A stretch of 64,000 nt of DNA from Mnemiopsis leidyi (lineage: Eukaryota). Where the stretch lies: the NCBI GenBank assembly GCA_048537945.1, contig CM108484.1, forward strand, positions 4,082,494 to 4,146,493, read 5' to 3'. The position numbers and the translations under genes were made by a program. The notes under the pieces are model-generated. The model searched no databases. It saw only the letters and a program-made list of their open reading frames with translations, and had not been told where the DNA came from. Below, piece after piece: positions 1-12,619 of this stretch. Numbering within the stretch: the stretch's first letter is position 1; each line of letters starts with the position of its first letter.

Positions 1-132
1 AAACATTCCCAGTCGGTAACAAAACAGACTCACCTCTGAGGAAGATTTCAAAGACAGAAGGAGAAGCCTGTGCTAGGAAGTACAATCTCAATCTTTACGA
101 AACGAGCGCTAAACTTGATCTAAATGTTACCG
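1..132 (+). CDS. Ras/Rab-family small GTPase, penultimate coding exon (partial gene; upstream exons lie outside the window)
   Basis: Frame starting at nt 3 translates TFPVGNKTDSPLRKISKTEGEACARKYNLNLYETSAKLDLNVTE. It contains the G4 motif GNKxD and the G5 motif ETSAK. The exon ends at a GTAAGT donor at 133. Confidence 0.7.
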
Positions 133-1126
133 AGGTAAGTCCTGTGTTAAATTGGTATAAATGTTGGGGCCAAACTCCTGCCTTGTCTGTAGAAAACTAA
201 AGTTTGGCTGATATTGATAAAGTAAGCTTAGTTCGTTTGTGATATATTTACCTGCTAAGCTGTAAGAAAACTAACTCCGATGCTTACAAAATTACATTCC
301 GACCCAGAATTCCAGTCTGATCATTTCGACTTTTGCATTTAAGACTTTCGTTGGTATGGCTAACCCCCCTGTCATCAAGGTCTCATCCTAAATACTTCGT
401 TCCACGCCGGATAATTTATGGATATTCTATTTCCACTGTAACATAATACTTGAACCGTTTAAATGAAACAAAGTTGCAAATGATACCGCTCTACTCAACT
501 CTCCAACTCTAACTTCAACTCTAACTCACTAATTCTAACATGACTTAGTGTACATTAATACAACACGTGTACTTAAGTACATGATGATGCTCGTCAATGT
601 AATGTAAGCTGCAAGTTTTGAAATATCACTACAAAGAGGCCCAGCTATTGCATGTTGTAAGAAACAACAAAAATAAGTATGACGATATCATATGCATATG
701 CGTCGGATCATATTCGAGAAGATTTACAAATTTTCTTAGAAGTAAAGATTACAAATGGTCTGATTGAAGGCGCTGACTTTTCTGAATAAATCTGAATTTA
801 TATAACTGTATATTTATAGAGTTAATCCGAATTGATATAACTTATACGAGCTGTGTAGTGTGTACAATAGATTGTATACAATATATGATAATGATGTTTA
901 TCCTATAAACTTTTACTCGTGTGAAGATATTAAAAAAAATGTTTTATAATTATAAAAAATGTTTTATGATTCAAGCCTCAAGATGCCTATTTTAATTAAC
1001 TTACGAATACTTTATGGGTTGTAACCCAAGTAACACACCTTCGTGTTTAATTCCCATCACTTGCCTCAAACGTTTAGTATGAAAGTAGTGTTGAAAGTAT
1101 TAACTTACGGAATTTTTCATTTGAAG

Positions 1127-1255
1127 GCGTTTACAGAGTTAGTCGATCAAGTAATGGAGAGAAAGCGAACATTGGAATGCCGACCTAGAGGAAACACTAT
1201 TCTCGTTAAGAAGGAAAAGAAGAAACGAAACAAAGACTGCAGCTGCATGGAATAG
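1127..1255 (+). CDS. Terminal exon of the same small GTPase (AFTELVDQVMERKRTLECRPRGNTILVKKEKKKRNKDCSCME*)
   Basis: An AG acceptor (tttcatttgaag) lies at 1124-1126. Phase 0 joins ...NVTE|AFTEL, which reproduces the Rab-like ETSAKxxxNVxxAF pattern. The tail is polybasic plus CSC and the stop is at 1253-1255. Confidence 0.6.
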   Translation, partial: AFTELVDQVMERKRTLECRPRGNTILVKKEKKKRNKDCSCME

Positions 1256-3296
1256 AAAATACTAAAGTGTGAATTATAAAGTTTGTACTTTTTACTGCGT
1301 AGGTGTTAACGTGTTTTAGCGTGTAAGCATGCTTTCGCGTGTTTTAGCGTGTCAGCGTGGAGAATACTTAGTTCGCTAGAGTTGCGACTAAAGACTGTGT
1401 ACAAATAAAATGCTGTGTACAAATATGTTGAATAATATGAAATAACAATTATACAAAGGAAACAGACCCCTCAAGTTAAACTGAGCCTTTAAACATAATG
1501 AATAACAGTAGTACAGTCAAAGAATGCACTTAGTCAAGTTTTTATTGCAGCTTTGTTAGTATAACATTGTACACATAGTTCGTTGATCTTAAACAAATTC
1601 AATAAATCATCTGTTGTAAACTTAATAAATAACAGTAGTATATATTATATATCCTCTGATGAACGACAAAGCAGACTTTTCGAGATTTAATAATTAAATT
1701 GTGAACTATCTACCCATTTCACTGGCTTACATTCTTTGTGCTCTGAATGAATTACATACCTTTTGGTCAGTGTGAGGTGAAACCTTATCTTTTTATCTCA
1801 AATCAAATAGGTTGAAGTGTTATCTGTCCTTTATAACTCACACATAACTCAGATAGGAAATGTTTAACACGGTAAAGGCAAACAAAGTAAAACCTTCAAT
1901 TTACACGATACAATAAGTGAGAGGAAACTACGGGTACCAGCGGTGGTAATGTCAGGAATTGTGATATGTTAGACTTCTCACATCGAACTATGTATGGAAC
2001 CGATCTGACTAGTTCAGGTATTTGGATTTGTTTTGTGCTACGTCAATAATTTATTTTTTTCCAACTTTTTAAGTTTTTAAGTTTGTTTAATCAATTCAGG
2101 ACTTTAGTATAACTTACATTGTGTCACCTGGAAGTGGTATTAAAACTGAAGCGCGGCGGTAAACTCTTCACAAATTGTTTACATCCCAATTTGTGTAGGA
2201 CAATATTAATCTCTGTATTGCATCTCATTAGAGCGGCGGTTCTCCAGTGACTTCATTAGAATTCCAACTGTATCAAATTGCAAAATGTCCGTGTCTGGAG
2301 CTATACATTATTAGTGTCGTTCTAACAGTAACCATTGTTTCATGTGTTTATTGCAGCCACCAGTAGAAAGAAAGTAGTGTAAGTTAAACTTATGTGTAAC
2401 TTTAACAATGAAATTCCACTGCAATTTAGTATAGTTATAGTTGCCACAACTTTCTGTACTTTTCATGTCACTAATAGTGCCATATTTCGGAACAATTGTA
2501 TTTGGTCTGAATTGTCACAAAATTGAACCCGAATAACACTTTCACAGAACAATGTCCCACTGTCTGAAAGTGACAATGTTCCTGGCTGAAGTGTTTGTTT
2601 GTGAGTCCGTATGTTTGTCTGTCGTTGTGTTGGCTTCTGTGTCAATAGCTATGTTGGCTTATTTTTTAACAGTCTAACGTTATAGGTGACAAATGAGATG
2701 ATAACATTTGACTGGTATCTAATGTTTGTGTGAGATTGTTTTTACACAGTACACACAGACCATCTTACAACATAAGGAAGTCAATATTGGCCCTGTTATG
2801 TCGTCTCCTAATTATAGCACTTTTGTAAACACAAATTACACGGACATGTACAGTTGGATGTTAGCTGTGGGAAATTATTTACAATTGAATATAATCAATT
2901 CAAAACTTTGTGTAAGATTTTAGGTTCTGGGATTAGAATAAGATGTTTTGACCCACCAAATCAATAAGGGGTAATTCAATACATAATGCGTAATCATCTA
3001 GGAGAGGGAGTTTGGACTTTTGCTATGATGTCGTTATCAATTTTTGTTCGAAATTTCGCCAACCCTTCCTTCATTCAATTTTCTGTGACCTAATTTTGTC
3101 ATCTGACAGAAATCAGGGGTTTATACTTTACTGAACTTCTTTTAATGATAACTGTGAAAACTTATAGATAACATAAAATTGACGATGCTACTCCCTAACC
3201 CACTTGAAGTAAATTTTGGGCTCAAACCATTGGTCTCTGAAGTGGGGGAGGGGATTAAAATCTTGAGGGGGTTGGGCCATGATTACGCCTGATTAG

Positions 3297-3771
3297 GGGT
3301 CGTTCACATATGACGTCATCACCTAGGGGGGGAGGGGGGTTTCCAAATGATGATGATTGATGATGAGGGGGGAGGGGGGGTTTGGCCAATGATGATGTCA
3401 TCAAAAATTTCTAGGATTTATAGGATTTTTTTGAAAATTTTTGATTTCTTTTGAAAATTTTTATCAGAATTTTACAAAATCGGAAGGAAAATTTTCAAGT
3501 AAAATTCTCATTCAGAAATCTGGTGAAATACTGTGTTTTCACTGACATAGTATAAAAAATTTCAAAAATGACTGCAAATTAACAGACCAAAAATCAAGTT
3601 TTTTGACATGAAGTGGGGGGGGGGGGTTCCGACTGTGATGATGTCATTATGTTTATTTACCTCTGACATTTAGGGGGGGGGGGGGTTTGTCATGATGATG
3701 AATGATGACGGAAGGGGGGGAGGGGGGTAAAAATTACCGAAAAGTTGCTGACGTCATATGTGAACGACCCC
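3297..3771. mobile_element. MITE copy 1 (about 475 bp) with terminal inverted repeats GG(GG)TCGTTCACATATGACGTCATCAC and G-tract-rich interior
   Basis: The TIR at 3297-3322 is reverse-complementary to 3752-3771. The interior has no ORF and carries poly-G tracts. A candidate 3-bp TTA target-site duplication would fit PIF/Harbinger. A second copy lies at 32721-33210. Confidence 0.7.
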
Positions 3772-6700
3772 TTACAAGATGGGTCAAAAATTGATGAAGT
3801 TTTTATTACATATTATGTATAAGACCACAAGGTAATGAGCTTTAACGATACGATAACGATAAAATAAGGATACAGTAACGATACAATATATTACAGTAAC
3901 AATAACCAAACAAAATGTTGGTTTATAATTTATAGACTAATCTAAAGTCTAATTAACTGCCTTGTAACTACGTCGCATGATGATGTACATATAATGATTT
4001 ATGTCTAATCATTAAGCTTTATTGAGAACGGTATTTCTAGGGAAGTATTGCACATTTTCGAAGATTTTTAACCTTATTACTCAAAATTGATTGGCCCCGC
4101 TTTAGTTCTCGGTTGTCAAATACTCTCACATATATGAATGGACAATGGAATAGATCTCAAAGAGGTAGAACTTATACTTCTAGAGAAATACAATTTAATA
4201 TTTGATACCTCTTCCCAGAAATGCCGTTCTCCATTTATTATTTAAAACGTTGATTGATAAATTAACTATTATTTATATGACATGATGGCTATCCTTAGCA
4301 TATCGTCGACTCAAGAATGAACATTCACGATACAATGTATACTGCAGGTTCCCTGATATGCTACCCGTGTTACAGAGACTGAAATCTCAGTAGACAGATG
4401 AACATACAGCCAGATTTACAAGATATTGCTTCAACATCAGAACGGTAATTGACTTTATCAGTTTTTTAAACATTTGGACTCAGCTTACAGACTCCAACAT
4501 TATTGGGCTCAAATCATAAATTAGCGGCAGTGTTTTCTAGATGATTGCTCGTTAGTCAATTGCTAACACAAGATGGAAAGAATTTTGACTCGTCCCCAAG
4601 AATTCTGACGTCAAATAAACTGGATGTAAATTTATACATTTCCTTCGCAGTCTGTTGGAACTATATTTGAGTAGTACTTACAATTTGATTGAGTTAGAGG
4701 ACAGCTGCTACACTGTGATTGTTCATACTGAAATACTGAGAGGAATTCTAGTACCACTGTATACACTCAGTCTGTAACTCGATACTGACACTAAGATACC
4801 GCAACATCAACAACAGTCTTTACTCATAGGAAGCCGTTTACACTTTCACTGAGTAGCATTAAGTATATCCCACATGATCTTGTTTTGTGATTCTGCTACT
4901 TTAATCATCTACAACTTAGCATACCTTTTTTCCTAAAGAGCTGGTTAATGAAATTCAATATGCCTGAAAAGTCCTCTGCTTATGAATTATCGCGAGCTAA
5001 AAAGTCAATCGTTGCTGGCACCTGCTCATCAAATAACCATTCTGAAACTTTGAGTCCTGCTTTCTGGGTGGACATTAAGTAATTATAGAACTTCGGGCTT
5101 TAAAGACCCCTAAACTATAGTATTGACCGTAATTATAAAGCACGGAATCCAGGGTACTCTTTCCGCTAAGGTACTAGCTACGATGCGACATATTACCGTA
5201 TGAAATTTTGTTAACTTCGCGCGCACAAGCGTACATATCCATGTATGTGCATGGCAATTTTGATCATGCTGCATGGCTCCCTGGCCTAAGCAGATATCTG
5301 GAATTTATTATCTACTGCTAAGTTTTATCGCAATATGAAATGTAAAAAGTCACGTTATATTGCCTTAACCTGTTATTTAAATACTACTAATTGATTCTAC
5401 CCGGCACCCCTGAAATTATATAAACTAATTTTATCGGCAAGATTTCTGATAAGTTACACACTTCATGCCTGGTTAATATGCGCAGTTTGGACGGCTAATA
5501 TTCACTAGCAAAATTACAGCTCTACACGTTTATTGCACTCTGTTGTAACAGTGTATTGCTGATTACACAATTGAAGTAAAAGTTGGTGACGCTATATATT
5601 ATGTCCATCTTGTTAACATTGTAATGTGTAAGCCCTGTATGGCCTATAGTGTCTACCTGTAGACTACATGTTGTGGAAAGTTCTGATTAACCGCGCATAT
5701 ACAGGGTGGTTTTGAAATTTGGATGGCTCCCTACATAGAAATGAAAATTGCTCGTAACTTTACAGCAATATATTTTGATGAAACTCTCAGAATTTGTTCG
5801 TTATGTCTATCAGTTAAAATATTATTATTTTAAAATAATGCGATGGGCCATTTCTCATGCGCTAAAGAACGCTAAAAATAAAATTTCAAAATCGTCGAAT
5901 TTGCTAAAATCATCCTGAAAACTTGCATGCATCATGTCTTAGTCGCCAAGAAAGAATCCTGAATATTTCTTTAAAAATGATATTCAGAGCCCGAGTAATG
6001 ACCGTTTTTCAATACCACCCAACAAATTTTCTCCCTTCTGATAACAAAAAAGGTCATAAAGAACAGATTCTGAAAGTTTCATCAAAGAGTATTAACAAGA
6101 AGTTAAGTCATAAGCAATTTTCCTGTCAATCTAAGGAGGTAACCAAATTTAAAACCACCCTTTATAATATAACTGCTGCGATCAGCGATAACCATGTTTA
6201 AAGTTGCATAAAGCTGAGAAAGTTAAAACAGTTTGACTTCTTTAATTAAGTCTATTGAAGGAATATTTATTTGATCTACTTGATCGTCCTATCTCAGATA
6301 TTGAGACAAGAACACTGCTTATCATCCACTGACGAAAGAAACAGGAATAAGAAAGAAAGACAGGTCTTACAGCATACGATCACACTACAGCTTTTTTAAG
6401 TATACAAGTAGAGTTTAGATGTAGTTGTGTTTATCGTAACTGTACATGTATCAGTGATAATGAGTTCAGCGTTTTTTAATGATCTTAGTAGTCTTATAGC
6501 AGTTCTTTCACGTTAATAGTTTGTTCAAACATAAGTCATCAGTTCTGAAAAAAAGCTAATGGAAATTAGCTTGTCGAGACTTCTGTGACTGCCCTGAAAC
6601 ATAAAAATGTTATTTAAGGCTAGAGTTAAAGTATAATATGTTGCTTTTACTCGTTACTGGTCGTCCTAATAGGAGATTATATATTACTTTAGCTTACTTT

Positions 6701-7032
6701 TGTTTATATAAATTATTATAGTTTACTTTTGCTTTTGGAATTGTTCCAGCAGATACAAAATTTTTGACAAACACTATTTATTGCATCGTTTTTATATCGG
6801 ATAAACTTGAGATACCGATTTCATTTATCAACTCAAATTAGTTGTCAAACCGATTCCATCATTTACTTTATTTTAGCCCTTAGACGAAGATGAAATTAAA
6901 CCTGATATTTGTATAGGAAATGCTGATATATGTTGAAGGTTGAAGGCTGCATACTAGAGGAGCTTGAAGGATAAAGGACGCCAAGAAGTTAATAAAACAC
7001 TACAGAAGCGGAGGCGACTTTGGTGACCGGAG

Positions 7033-7135
7033 ATGCCGAACGATTACGATCATTTGTTTAAACTGCTGATCATAGGCGACAGTGGTGTCGGGAAAAGCAG
7101 CATTCTTCTGAGATTCTCGGATAATCTTTTCTCTG
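7033..7135 (+). CDS. RAB35: RAB35 exon 1 ([36 protein letters not shown]-loop GDSGVGKS)
   Basis: ATG at 7033 and GT donor at 7136. The spliced product closely matches vertebrate RAB35 ([50 protein letters not shown]...). Confidence 0.85.
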
Positions 7136-7241
7136 GTTGGTAGAGATTATATATATTTCACTTCCTGAATCATGTTGTCTTTATTTGAAATCCAATTAAG
7201 CACTCAAATAGAGATTTTAAAAAACAGTACTTTAACAGTGA

Positions 7242-7463
<222 letters not shown>

Positions 7464-7550
7464 TAAAATCATTTTACCGGTTGTTTTGGAACTTTGGCCC
7501 GGTTGTTTTGGAACTTTGACTTAACACTAAAAGATTTCAAACATTTTTAG

Positions 7551-7690
7551 GACAATAACTGCGACCTACTACCGTGGTACTCAAGGTGTTATGGTGGTAT
7601 ATGATGTGTCGAACTTGGATACTTTCGGTAACGTCCGTCGTTGGCTTCAGGAGATAGAGCAGAACTGTGACGATGTCGTCAGAATTCTCG
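7551..7690 (+). CDS. RAB35: RAB35 exon 3 (RTITATYYRGTQGVMVVYDVSNLDTFGNVRRWLQEIEQNCDDVVRIL)
   Basis: Acceptor tttttag, donor GTTAGG at 7691. Phase is consistent with the flanking exons. Confidence 0.85.
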
Positions 7691-7855
7691 GTTAGGCTTT
7701 CTTTCTGTCTGTCTGTCTGTCTGTTTGTCTGCAGAATGCTCGTGTGTCTTTTATCTTTACCGTGTTTGCTTAACAACGTTCAAAACGATTAGATTGAAAA
7801 GAAACGCGTTTATTAAAATCTAATAGCATGGGTATCTAAGGTTCTGCTTTTTCAG

Positions 7856-7977
7856 TTGGCAACAAATGTGATTCTCCTGACAAGAAGGTCTCAACCGAGG
7901 AGGGAAAAGCGCTCGCCAGCCAAATGGATATTCCATTCTTTGAGACCAGTGCCAAAGACAATCTCAACATTGAAACG
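7856..7977 (+). CDS. RAB35: RAB35 exon 4 ([41 protein letters not shown])
   Basis: Carries GNKCD (G4) and ETSAK (G5). Donor GTTATT at 7978. Confidence 0.85.
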
Positions 7978-8067
7978 GTTATTAATCATCCCTGAATAAT
8001 TCTTTAGTATTATTGCTTAAATTTTCAGAAATTGGATCGTGAGTTTGCAAATTGTACAATTTTTCAG

Positions 8068-8211
8068 GTATTTGACGAGATAACGAAACTGGTACTAGCT
8101 ATGAAGAAAAATAAACTGGCCCAACAAAATCCTGCCATCACTTCAACAGGAAACATCACTGTGAAAAAGGGTGACGGTGGAAAAAAGAAGGGAAAATGCA
8201 ATTGCGGCTAG
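8068..8211 (+). CDS. RAB35: RAB35 exon 5 (VFDEITKLVLAMKKNKLAQQNPAITSTGNITVKKGDGGKKKGKCNCG*)
   Basis: Acceptor ttttcag. Stop TAG at 8209-8211. C-terminal cysteine motif CNCG. Total length is about 205 aa. Confidence 0.8.
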   Translation, partial: VFDEITKLVLAMKKNKLAQQNPAITSTGNITVKKGDGGKKKGKCNCG

Positions 8212-9109
8212 GAAAATTAGTAAAAACACTGATATAGAACTTTAAACATTTTTGTATGGTTTAATATTGATAAAACTTTATTTTAGTAAAGAGATTAGTT
8301 TGTTTTGATGCCCCTGTATCGGTCTCCTTGTACAGAAGCTCTTGGTCTGTAGAAAGAATTACGTAATTAACTCGTTGGATATCCTTGCATTGCCCCAACT
8401 ATCCTTGATACAGAGTAAGGTTTTTAGGCGAGTAAAATAAACTGGTTGACGCGACACATTCTTTTGCAGAGATTTCGGGTTGTCATTCCTGCTGATTAGT
8501 TTACAATAGCACTGCCATTAAAGAATTGTGTCATTCTGGTTACTTAGCAACTTGTTAACCTAGTTTAGCAATATGATCAGGCCTGGTAACCTGACAGCCA
8601 TGGTAAGCTTACCAAGAATATATTGTTGATGCTGCTTGTTCTTATTTTTTCTTGACTTCCTATTTACCTTCCTGTTTGAAGGGTTCAAGTGTATGATGTG
8701 GCATTTGTGCTTACTTCATGTCATGATATAACATTTGTGCCCTTTGATGTTTTCAAACTGTAGAAGGTTAGTTTTATAACAATTACGTAGAAATTAATTT
8801 CATGAGCATGAACTTGGAGCACAAATTCTCTTAATAAATTGCGTTTGTTCATTATGTGTCGTCATCAGTTACGTAGAGGGTTTTGTCTCAATCATACGTG
8901 TTTTGAGGGACTCTCAATTTTGGAATCTTCCAGTCTGTGTAATGTTTTTATCGATTTTATACAAACAACAGTGCACACGACGTTCGTTTATTTCGAAAAT
9001 GAAGTGTATTGATAGATTTACGATTTTGTCATTATTTTATTTCTTGATTGGATTCTCCGTCCTCCGAAATAATCTGATCATTTAATTGTCTCTCACGCAA
9101 CGTCAGTGA

Positions 9110-9240
9110 TAAGATTAATCAACGGGCGATGCGCGTCTAGAATTTCTTCGAAATTCATGTCGCCAGGCCAGAAATGCGCGATAGCGCGTGATGGCCGCGA
9201 CAGTAGGTTATCAACCTACAATAAGATTAAGCACACTCGT
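9110..9240. repeat. Copy of a dispersed repeat family with a palindromic TGTCGCGG...CCGCGACA core
   Basis: Near-identical to 16270-16360 (acgggcgatgcgcgtctagaatttcttc...gccaggccagaaatgcg...ccgcgacagta). Related fragments lie at 9541-9683 and 33258-33310. Confidence 0.55.
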
Positions 9241-9683
9241 AATCTCTCCCCTCTCTCTCTCCCTCTCTCTTTTTCTCTGTCTCTCAAAACAACTCAGCTC
9301 GCGCTTGATTATTTGACCAAACTGCTAATTAAATTAAATTTAAAGGGCCAAAAAATAAAATTCTGGAACGGTGCAGTGTTGTCAGTTGTACTGTTTAGGT
9401 TGCTTATGATAATATCAATAACAACTTCATGAGAATGAGATGACATGATGAGCGCGTACGTACGTGCGCGCGGCTCTAAATTTGTTGTACGGCAGCGCGC
9501 ACCCTCCTGTCATTTTATTCCCTTAATGCGCTTCGAATGTTGTCGCGGTGATAGGCCCGACTCACGCAGCTAAAGCTGAACGTTTCGTTAGAACGTTAGA
9601 CGGATGCAATCTCGTCAATTCGAATGAGGGTCGGACAAAGTCAGACAACAAATTTGCGGACATGAGATTGAGACAGGTCGCTC

Positions 9684-10512
9684 ATTATAGCGCTGGCCAG
9701 CGCGACCGGGGAAAAAACTCCCGCCCCCCTTGCCAGGGCCCAACAAACAAAGCCCCCTTTGCCAAGGCCAAGGAGGGGCCGAAGGCCCCGACGCAGGCCC
9801 GTTATCGGAGGAGGGGGCCGAAGGCCCCCGACGACTTGGCCGAACAAGCGCCCCTCTCGGAAAAAGTTTTCAACGAAAGTTGAAAACTGACCAGCGCTAT
9901 TATACACGATCCGGTAAAACTCAAAACACGGCTATCTAGAAAACCACTTTCCCGATCAGTTAGAAACTTGAAACTTTGCAGTTTTTGTCTTTAATATGTA
10001 TCTAGGTGAACCTGAAAATTTCAGGTCTCTATCTATTAAGGTGCGTCCGTAGTAACGTCTTAAAAAACGCATTTTTTCAATTAAATTCGTCTGATCTATT
10101 ATAGCGCTGGCCAGCGCGACCGGGGAAAAAACTCCCGCCCCCCTTGCCAGGGCCCAACAAACAAAGCCCCCTTTGCCAAGGCCAAGGAGGGGCCGAAGGC
10201 CCCGACGCAGGCCCGTTACCGGAGGAGGGGGCCGAAGGCCCCCGACGACTTGGCCGAACAAGCGCCCCTCACGGAAAAAGTTTTCAACGACAGTTGAAAA
10301 CTGACCAGCGCTATTATACACGATCCGGTAAAACTCAAAACACGGCTATCTAGAAAACCACTTTCCCTATCTGTTAGAAACTTGAAACTTTGCAGTTTTT
10401 GTCTTTAATATGTATCTAGGTGAACCTGAAAATTTCAGGTCTCTATCTATTAAGGTGCGTCCGTAGTAACGTCTTAAAAAACGCATTTTTTCAATTAAAT
10501 TCGTCTGATCTA
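9684..10512 (+). repeat. Two tandem copies of a 414-bp GC-rich unit (U)
   Basis: 9684-10097 and 10098-10511 are about 97% identical. An inverted copy lies at 12194-12607. The G/P-rich ORFs on both strands are repeat artefacts. Confidence 0.85.
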
Positions 10513-10537
10513 TATACATATATATATATATATATAA

Positions 10538-12160
10538 ATTACCAAAAACCAATAAATTGGTTGCTCCCTTTGACCGGGGAGAGTCTCTTGGCTGTTCTCT
10601 CTAAAAATAAATTGATATTCCGTTTTAGCCCGGGGTAACAATTAACCTTCACTCCGTCAACTCGGTCGCTTGCTTTTGAGTTTTTATGGCTACGTCTACG
10701 TGGATTTTTAATTTAACCTTACCATTTCGCGCTCCTAAATTTTAAAAGTATTACTAATAGTACTAATACTATATCCCCACAACTTCATTTGTCATCTACA
10801 AGTTACAACTACATTGCCTTGCGGGGCGGCAGCGGGTCAGGCAACGTCTGACAACAACTACAACTACAAGCAAAGCCTGCCCAAATAATGCTAACACTAA
10901 CAGAAAAATCGGTACCTAGTAAATTTATAAAAACTCAAAAGCAAGCGACCGAGTTGACGGAGTGAAGGTTAATTGTTACCCCGGGCTAAAACGGAATATC
11001 AATTTATTTTTAGAGAGAACAGCCAAGAGACTCTCCCCGGTCAAAGGGAGCAACCAATTTATTGGTTTTTGGTAATTTATATCATTCTTTTTTAGCGCAA
11101 TCGGGAATTTCGAACAATCAACCAAAAGTTCAACAGATTTTCCAACTTACGACAGTCATAAGACAAATTAGGGCATAATGGCTTTTAAAACTATCAGCAT
11201 CGGGATCACCGTAAAATTCTGCACAAAAATGATGGTCCACTTTTTCTTGTAGCTCAAAGTTGAAAATTCTCATTTTTGGGCAATTAAGGCCTATTAGGGC
11301 CAATTAAGGGGTCTTCAAACAGTTTTCGCACTTTTAAACTACCACCATCGGAATGGCCGTAAAATTCTACACAAAAATGATGGTCTAATTTTTCTTCTAG
11401 CCCAAAGTAAAAATTTCGTCTTTTTAAAATGAGCTAACTTTAGGACGTCATAGATATATGATAATGTCGTAAGACAAACTTTTTACCTAGTTTACGTCAA
11501 TAACTAGTTAACTGCCTTTAAAATCCGAGTTGATTCATTGTTTTATCTTAAAAAATGTGGAAATGACAATGATTTCATAATTGAAAAATATCAAAAATGA
11601 TGCAAAAATCCGTTTTTTTGGGAGGTGCCCATTTCATGACGTCATAAAATTATCAAAACGTTGCTGGAGAAAAATTTTACGCCACAAAATTTGTTAACTA
11701 GTAAACTGACTTCAAAATTTTGTGTGTTTCGTTGCTTTATCTTATAAAATGTGGTCAGAAAATTAATTAGAAAATGGGAAAATAACGCAAAATCGAAAAA
11801 ATGACTAAGTTAAGACAGTCATAAGACATCTTTAAAACCATTTTAGAAATTTCTCAACCCCCCTAAGCCACAATTTGGACGATTGTCTTCAAAACGTGAG
11901 GTCGTTCATGCTTCTACCTCTTCTGGTTCCTGAGATATAAGCGTTACCGTTTTTCCGCACACAAAAACAGTTTTTTTCACTTACGACAGTCATAAGACAG
12001 TTTTAAAACTATTTCTGAAACTTCTCAACCCCCCTAAGCCACAATTTAGACGATTATCTTCAAAACGTGAGGTCGTTCATACTTCTACCTTTTATGGTTC
12101 CTGAGATATAAGCTTTACCGATTTTCCGCCCCAAGCGTCTATCCCTAAAAATGATGTTCT
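10538..12160 (+). mobile_element. Composite 1.6-kb foldback-type element, copy E1
   Basis: Layout: hairpin module (140-bp arm B at 10538-10680, 240-bp loop, arm B' at 10921-11076) followed by a 1.08-kb module A with internal roughly 100-bp direct repeats. B and B' are near-perfect reverse complements. (TA)n microsatellites lie at both ends. Confidence 0.75.
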
Positions 12161-12193
12161 ATATGTATATATATATATATATATATATGTATA

Positions 12194-12607
12194 TAGATCA
12201 GACGAATTTAATTGAAAAAATGCGTTTTTTAAGACGTTACTACGGACGCACCTTAATAGATAGAGACCTGAAATTTTCAGGTTCACCTAGATACATATTA
12301 AAGACAAAAACTGCAAAGTTTCAAGTTTCTAACTGATCGGGAAAGTGGTTTTCTAGATAGCCGTGTTTTGAGTTTTACCGGATCGTGTATAATAGCGCTG
12401 GTCAGTTTTCAACTTTCGTTGAAAACTTTTTCCGAGACGGGCGCTTGTTCGGCCGAGTCGTCGGGGGCCTTCGGCCCCCTCCTCCGATAACAGGCCTGCG
12501 TCGGGGCCTTCGGCCCCTCCTTGGCCTTGGCAAAGGGGCTTTGTTTGTTGGGCCCTGGCAAGGGGGGCGGGAGTTTTTTCCCCGGTCGCGCTGGCCAGCG
12601 CTATAAT
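12194..12607 (-). repeat. Inverted copy (U') of the 414-bp unit
   Basis: Reverse complement of 9684-10097. Bounded by (TA)n tracts at 12160-12193 and 12608-12620. Confidence 0.85.
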
Positions 12608-12619
12608 ATATACATATAG

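Noticed and set aside
5923-6201. Isolated 60-110-aa ORFs in the AT-rich intergenic DNA between 1.3 and 7.0 kb
   Set aside because: No motif similarity, no splice context, non-ATG starts in several cases, and AT-rich low-complexity composition.
9548-12606. G/P-rich ORFs on both strands (69-121 aa) inside the 414-bp GC-rich tandem unit
   Set aside because: They occur in both orientations, are open on both strands because of GC richness, and recur identically in every repeat copy. They are repeat artefacts, not genes.
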